Assembly: GCA_017443465.1 (NCBI GenBank)
Contig: JAFRXO010000067.1
Coordinates: 9,467-73,466, forward strand
Direction of reading: 5' to 3'
DNA: 64,000 nt
Source of the DNA: Bacteroidales bacterium
Lineage (GTDB): Bacteria; Bacteroidota; Bacteroidia; Bacteroidales; UBA932
Shown here in pieces: positions 58,965 to 64,000 of the stretch. The position numbers were made by a program, and so were the translations under genes. Numbering within the stretch: the stretch's first letter is position 1; every line of letters starts with the position of its first letter. The notes beneath the pieces were generated by a model that was given only the letters and a program-made list of their open reading frames with translations, was not told the origin of the DNA and did no database searches.

Positions 58965-60230
58965 CTACCTGGACGCTCCGGCTGACAGGTCGTTGATCCG
59001 GATGTTCTCGTAGACTATGTCGCTGAGTTCATATTCTTCCGGTTTTTCGATGATGTCGTAAGGCTTGCGGGTACAGGTCACGTCACAGTTCCGCATCAGG
59101 ATATGCGAACCATATGATTTCGGAATGTCCTCACGGCCTTTCAGGTCGAAGAACTGGGTCCAGGGATGGACATATATGAAGTTCCCCACCTCGCCGGTGA
59201 TGCCTTCTACGAGGATGTATTCGTAGTTCTGCGGGGTGTCGGGGCGCATCTTAAGCCATAGCACGCGGGAGGTGCCAGCTCCTTTGCAGTTGCGAAGGAT
59301 CAGGTTGTGGCCGCCCACGCATTCGCTTCCGAAGGTCACCATGGCGGAGCCGGGGCCGAACCAGGTGTTTTCAACTAATATATTGGTATTCACGGCGTTG
59401 TCCGGGTCTTTGTCGGCCCATGGACCTTTGCCGCCCTTTACCGCGACCAGGTCGTCACTGTTCTGGAAGCGGCAGCCTGTGATGTGGAAATTGTTGCAGC
59501 CGTCGATGTCCACTCCGTCGGAGGATGGAGCCGGAACCGGCTTCTGGGGTGCATATATCACTATGTCCTTGACTCTGACGTAGTCGCATTTGTAGAAATG
59601 TGTGGTCCAGAACCCCGGATTGCGCAGGGTCACTCCTTCCAGAAGGACGTTTTTGCTGCCCGCGGCGTAGAAGAGGCGCGGGCGGAGGGCCTCCAGGTTG
59701 GTGCATTTGGGATTGACCTTGCGGCGGGTCCAGAAGTCGCGCCAGTAGCGCAGGCCGTTGCCGTCGATTGCGCCTTCTCCCCTGATGGAGAAGCCATCGC
59801 ATTCATATGCATTGACAAGGGCGGCGATATAGTTCTGGATCACTCCCTCGATGTGTACGGGTACTATGGCGTAGTCCGACACGTCGTCGCTTCCCTTCAG
59901 CACGGCTCCCTTCTCCAGGAAGAGGTGGGTCTTGCTTTTGAAGAACAGGGAACTGGTCAGGAAGGTTCCTTCCGGGATCACTATGGTTCCGCCGCCCTGC
60001 CCGGCAGCCATGTCGATGACCTTCTGGATAGCCTCGGTCTGCAAGAGAGTGCTGTCGCGGACCACCCCGTAATCCGTGATTACGAAGCGTACGGCCTGCT
60101 GTCCGGTGAGTCCGGCCGGTTTGGAAGTGAACCATTTTTCCATTTTGGTACCGTCAGGCCAGACGTTGCCTGCAAAGGCGCAATATCCGGCCATGAAGAT
60201 GGCACAGACAGTAAGGAGGAATCTTCTCAT
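58965..60230 (-). CDS. GH28 glycoside hydrolase (galacturonidase family)
   Basis: Signal peptide; SSDGVDID, SDDLVAVKGG, GSE, WLK. Confidence 0.9.
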   Translation of the reverse strand: MRRFLLTVCAIFMAGYCAFAGNVWPDGTKMEKWFTSKPAGLTGQQAVRFVITDYGVVRDSTLLQTEAIQKVIDMAAGQGGGTIVIPEGTFLTSSLFFKSKTHLFLEKGAVLKGSDDVSDYAIVPVHIEGVIQNYIAALVNAYECDGFSIRGEGAIDGNGLRYWRDFWTRRKVNPKCTNLEALRPRLFYAAGSKNVLLEGVTLRNPGFWTTHFYKCDYVRVKDIVIYAPQKPVPAPSSDGVDIDGCNNFHITGCRFQNSDDLVAVKGGKGPWADKDPDNAVNTNILVENTWFGPGSAMVTFGSECVGGHNLILRNCKGAGTSRVLWLKMRPDTPQNYEYILVEGITGEVGNFIYVHPWTQFFDLKGREDIPKSYGSHILMRNCDVTCTRKPYDIIEKPEEYELSDIVYENIRINDLSAGASR

Positions 60231-60244
60231 ATCTTAACGTAAAG

Positions 60245-61213
60245 TCACTTGATGTCAGCGGCTATCGACAGGGCCGCATAGTCTCCTATGGATTCACCGA
60301 GTGCGGCCTGGACCACTTCGCAGACCTCTCTTGCAAGTGGAAGCGCCTCTTTTTCAATGATTTCATCCATCAGAGGCTTGAATATGTCTTCGTTGCGGGC
60401 ATATATGCTTCCGATGACTATTTTCTCGGGGTTGAGGATGTCGATGATTATGGAAAGTCCTTTGCCGAGTTTTCTTGCGGAGATGCGGTATATTTCGAGG
60501 GCCAGCGGATCTCCATTCCGGGCGGCCTGAGCGACTGTCTTTGCGGTTATCTTTTCCAGGTCGCCATCCGGGCACCAGGGGACTGAGGATCCCATCTGGA
60601 GTTTCTCCCTGACCAGCGACTGGGCAAGTTGCCTGATGCCGCCGCCGCTGCAGAAACCTTCGAAAGATCCGGCTTTCCCGTATCCGACCGGGCCATATTC
60701 TGCCAGGCGCATATGACCCAGTTCTCCTGCATTGTCGTTGGTCCCGGTATAAAGCTTTCCGTCGAGGATGAGTCCGGCTCCGAGTCCGGTGCCGAAGGTC
60801 ATGAACACCATGTTCCTCGTGCCTTTGCCTGCACCGAATTTCCACTCGGCAAGGGCGCAGGCATTTGCATCGTTGTGGACTGCAGCCTTGACTCCGAACT
60901 CTTCGGAGAGGATCTTTACTATCGGAATATTATCCCATCCGGGGAGGTTGGGAGGGGAGAGGATCACTCCTTTCCTGCTGTCCAGCGGGCCCCCGCAGCT
61001 TATCCCTATGGCTTCGATCCCGTCCTTACTGATCCCGTTCCTTTCAAGGACTGTGCGGATTGTCTCCTTTATGTCTTGTATCGTGCTGTTTACATCTGTG
61101 GTCGGGAACCCCTCCTTGTCCAGGATGACTATGTCCCCGCTACGTATCACTCCCATTGTCACGGCGCACTTTGTGCCGCCGATGTCCACTCCGATCAGAG
61201 GTCTTTCTTTCAT
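60245..61213 (-). CDS. ROK family sugar kinase
   Basis: GVDIGGT, HNDANACALAE, GTGLGAG, GELGH. Confidence 0.92.
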   Translation of the reverse strand: MKERPLIGVDIGGTKCAVTMGVIRSGDIVILDKEGFPTTDVNSTIQDIKETIRTVLERNGISKDGIEAIGISCGGPLDSRKGVILSPPNLPGWDNIPIVKILSEEFGVKAAVHNDANACALAEWKFGAGKGTRNMVFMTFGTGLGAGLILDGKLYTGTNDNAGELGHMRLAEYGPVGYGKAGSFEGFCSGGGIRQLAQSLVREKLQMGSSVPWCPDGDLEKITAKTVAQAARNGDPLALEIYRISARKLGKGLSIIIDILNPEKIVIGSIYARNEDIFKPLMDEIIEKEALPLAREVCEVVQAALGESIGDYAALSIAADIK

Positions 61214-61238
61214 GTATCAGAAGCTGTTTTGAAATGCT

Positions 61239-62408
61239 CTATTGTTCTTCAGGCCTGGCGCTTCGTATTTTCGGAATGAGGTAAACCATGAAAAGCCATG
61301 CCAGTGACAGTGCGATGAGGGCTGCTGCCTGATTGCCGAAAGCATCGGTTATGATTCCGAGAAGGGGAGTTATCACTCCGCCTCCGCACACTCCTACAAT
61401 CAGCAGAGCAGACACTTCGTTGGTCTTCTCCGGCACTCTCAGCATTGAAGTAGAGAACACTATGGAGAACAGGTTCGAGTAGCCCAGACCGAACAGGGCG
61501 ACCAGTATGAGGATCGGAATCAGCCCTTTTGCGAAGATGAGACCGACCAGGCTGGCCAGGGCAAGGATGACACTTCCGTTGAAAAATTTCCTGACGGAGT
61601 ATTTCATGAGGATCAGACCGCCCAGGAAAGCGCCGATGGTCCTTGCCAGGAAATATACGCTGTTGCCCATCCCGGCCTTTTCAAGGGGAAGGCCGCATCT
61701 CTCCTGGAGGAGTTTAGGGAAGGTTACTCCCATCCCGACATCAACTCCCACCAGGACGAGGATGCCTATGAAGAACATGACTATGTAATTGTCTTTCAGA
61801 AGGGAGAAGGTCCGTGCGAAAGAGATGTCAGGGTTCTCTACGCGGTTTTCATTGATGGGAGACAGGGCCAGCCAGGCCATTGCCATCAGGGTTACGGCAG
61901 CATAGACGGGGAAGACCATCTTCCACCCGAAGACTCCACCGGCGAAAGCGGCGGTCAGGATTGGCCCGAGGAACGAGCTGATAGCCTTTATGAACTGCCC
62001 CAGAGTCATCGTTCCTGTCAGTTTTTCGGACGAGACTACGTTGCTCACCAGCGGATTTAGTGCAACCTGGAGAATAGTGTTGCCTATTCCGAGCATCGTA
62101 AAAGCGACAAGCACGAAGGCAAAGTCGTACCTGACTACAGGGACAAGCATCGCGACAGTGGTGATTGCGAAACTGAGCAGGGTCGTCTTTTTCCGCCCTA
62201 TCTTGTTCATCAGCATTCCTGTCGGTATGGACAGGATCAGGAACCACAGGAAGCAGGAGAGCGAGATCAATCCTGCGACCTTGTCATTCATGCCGGTGAA
62301 ATCTGCCTTTACATAATTGGTTGCAACTCCGACGATGTCCACGAATCCCATGATGAAGAATCCGAACATGACGGGAAGGATGGCCTGGGTGAATCTTTTT
62401 TCTGACAT
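61239..62408 (-). CDS. MFS sugar transporter (FucP-like)
   Basis: FFIMGFVD, LQVALNPLV, about 12 TM segments. Confidence 0.85.
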   Translation of the reverse strand: MSEKRFTQAILPVMFGFFIMGFVDIVGVATNYVKADFTGMNDKVAGLISLSCFLWFLILSIPTGMLMNKIGRKKTTLLSFAITTVAMLVPVVRYDFAFVLVAFTMLGIGNTILQVALNPLVSNVVSSEKLTGTMTLGQFIKAISSFLGPILTAAFAGGVFGWKMVFPVYAAVTLMAMAWLALSPINENRVENPDISFARTFSLLKDNYIVMFFIGILVLVGVDVGMGVTFPKLLQERCGLPLEKAGMGNSVYFLARTIGAFLGGLILMKYSVRKFFNGSVILALASLVGLIFAKGLIPILILVALFGLGYSNLFSIVFSTSMLRVPEKTNEVSALLIVGVCGGGVITPLLGIITDAFGNQAAALIALSLAWLFMVYLIPKIRSARPEEQ

Positions 62409-62531
62409 GCCAATGTGGTTTTGTGTGGTAAACTTAATGAAATTTCCGCTATTCCCAATGTTTCTGCCGCGTTATTCTTTGTTGTAACGTGGAGGTTTTT
62501 CTTATATTTGTGGCAATGGAACTGTAATCAT

Positions 62532-62801
62532 ATGAATAAATTATATTTACTCATTGCATCTGTGGTCGTGTCCACACTTATGTCCGTCTGTTTCACGCTC
62601 GATGCACAGACGGTAAAGAATGCCAATTTCCAAACGCTGGCCCATTTCAAGTCTGACGGTACGATCCAGGACTCATCTTACAGGACCATCGGCCATATCA
62701 AGGAAGACGGTACGGTTCAGGATGCATCTTACCGCACGATCGGTTATGCCAAGGGAATCCCGCTCCAGTTGGCCGCCTTCTATTTCTTCTTCACCGACTA
62801 A
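62532..62801 (+). CDS. Small exported protein with 17-aa repeats (five-fold beta-flower-like)
   Basis: DGTIQDSSYRTIGHIKE / DGTVQDASYRTIGY; TATATTTG at 62503-10. Confidence 0.7.
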   Translation: MNKLYLLIASVVVSTLMSVCFTLDAQTVKNANFQTLAHFKSDGTIQDSSYRTIGHIKEDGTVQDASYRTIGYAKGIPLQLAAFYFFFTD

Positions 62802-62811
62802 ATACTTTTCT

Positions 62812-64000
62812 ATGAAAAAGACGTTTCCCCTTCTGGCTTTATTCCTGCTGCTGACCTTGCTGCCGGCCGGTGGACAGAATGTTAAAGTCGTGAGCCAAAC
62901 CTGTCCTGAATGTGGTGTGACAGTATATGGACGGCTTCTCGAGCCCTCAGACCACAAACCCGGATGTCCGTGGTATCCTGAAAGCTCCAAGGAGTCTTCC
63001 CACAATCATGAATCAGGATCTTCCTGGGGGAAGGAACCATATTCCGACTCCAATTCTTTTGGGAATGTAGAAGGTAAGCCGCTTACAAATGACGAGTACT
63101 ACGAACTTCTGATACGGACACATTGCGACTATTGCGGAGCGGAATTAGGCAGGCACAAGAGTGACTGCATAGTTGGGAAAACTTACAATATGTGGCAGAA
63201 TGCCATGCACTCCGGGAAGGAATGGGATGCAATCCGATTGAGGGACAATGTGGTTACACTGATTCTGGGAACCGAGTCCGGCAAAAATAAGCTCCACGCC
63301 ATGCGGGGCGAAGCCACCCCCGTTACCGCAGAAGAGAACCGTCCCGGCACCAAACTGAAAGACTATACGCCGGAGCCGGAAAAGCCCGCTGCCAAGCCCG
63401 CCGTGAGCATTGGCGCGCCGATAATTCCCTGTCCGCTGGCACAGCAGGCCCCGCAATTCTCCGGCATCAACGAGCATGACATAGTATATGACAAGCCTCA
63501 GAGCCTGGAAGCGCAGCATCCATGGGGAGAGGTTGATGTGGATTGGATGCGTCGGATAAAGAGCCGGGGATACAGCGACTTCCTGTCGGAATATGATATT
63601 GAGCGATATAGCAATACGCCTGGGGGTACTGTCTGTTTGGGAAAGCGTACAGCCGAAGGAAAGATTTTGTGGATGATTATGCAACGTAACAAGGACAGTG
63701 GAAAGTACGTCGGGTTCGTGGCGGAAGGCATCGAAGACAGTGTCGGGGAAAGGGTTTCTCTTCAGGATATCCGTTTTGAAGCGGAAGGGAATCTCGTCGT
63801 GCAGGAGTATTCAGGTGGCTATAAAGTGGTCACAACAAACACTGGAACATTGTTGGTTCGTGGCTACAATGTTGCAGTTCTTCCCGTCAGGGTCGATGGC
63901 CATCCAGTCATTTCATGGGGGCCGGACCCGTCCTGGAAAGGAAAGATATTTGCCAATGAAACCTGGCTGTATGATGACAGGGGTGTCAAAATTGCAGAAG
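62812..64000 (+). CDS. Exported hypothetical protein with two CxxC...HxxxC motifs; 3'-truncated, absent from ORF track
   Basis: Translated by hand, open from ATG 62812 to window end: MKKTFPLLALFLLLTLLPAGG...CPECG...HKPGC...CDYCG...HKSDC. Confidence 0.7.
   Translation, partial: MKKTFPLLALFLLLTLLPAGGQNVKVVSQTCPECGVTVYGRLLEPSDHKPGCPWYPESSKESSHNHESGSSWGKEPYSDSNSFGNVEGKPLTNDEYYELLIRTHCDYCGAELGRHKSDCIVGKTYNMWQNAMHSGKEWDAIRLRDNVVTLILGTESGKNKLHAMRGEATPVTAEENRPGTKLKDYTPEPEKPAAKPAVSIGAPIIPCPLAQQAPQFSGINEHDIVYDKPQSLEAQHPWGEVDVDWMRRIKSRGYSDFLSEYDIERYSNTPGGTVCLGKRTAEGKILWMIMQRNKDSGKYVGFVAEGIEDSVGERVSLQDIRFEAEGNLVVQEYSGGYKVVTTNTGTLLVRGYNVAVLPVRVDGHPVISWGPDPSWKGKIFANETWLYDDRGVKIAE

Noticed and set aside
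12081-62408. Labelling the CAZyme region a classical PUL
   Set aside because: No TonB-dependent SusC, SusD or PUL regulator is present in the window
1-64000. tRNA, rRNA or riboswitch (e.g. SAM riboswitch near metX/ahcY)
   Set aside because: No cloverleaf, rRNA or riboswitch consensus recognised; metX has a 1-nt intergenic gap and the ahcY leader is short. An Infernal/Rfam scan would be decisive

Overview
This is a Bacteroidetes (Bacteroidales-type) chromosomal segment, as shown by many TAnnTTTG -7 promoter boxes and the secY-map-infA-rpmJ gene order. The first ~12 kb holds the spc/alpha ribosomal protein supercluster. It begins abruptly at rplP behind its own promoter, and the rpsJ-rpsC half of the S10 operon is not adjacent. 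The rest is an accessory-looking catabolic region with no SusC/SusD pair, sulfatase or obvious regulator. It encodes seven heparinase II/III-superfamily lyases: three PL35-like lipoproteins, three tandem PL33-like enzymes (the middle one mosaic) and one PL21 heparinase II. It also has a ~14 kb phosphoesterase locus (2 GDPD, 3 Tat metallophosphoesterases, EEP, 2 HAD, GlpT-type MFS, GH78), plus GH28, a GH43-like propeller and sugar kinases. Other features are a RAYT-like HUH transposase with flanking palindromic repeats, two long intergenic inverted-repeat elements, and a frameshifted lipoprotein peptide deformylase-DUF1080 fusion. A secreted Cys/His-motif protein runs off the right end. No rRNA, tRNA or CRISPR array was seen. 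Family assignments come from motif recognition, not database searches.
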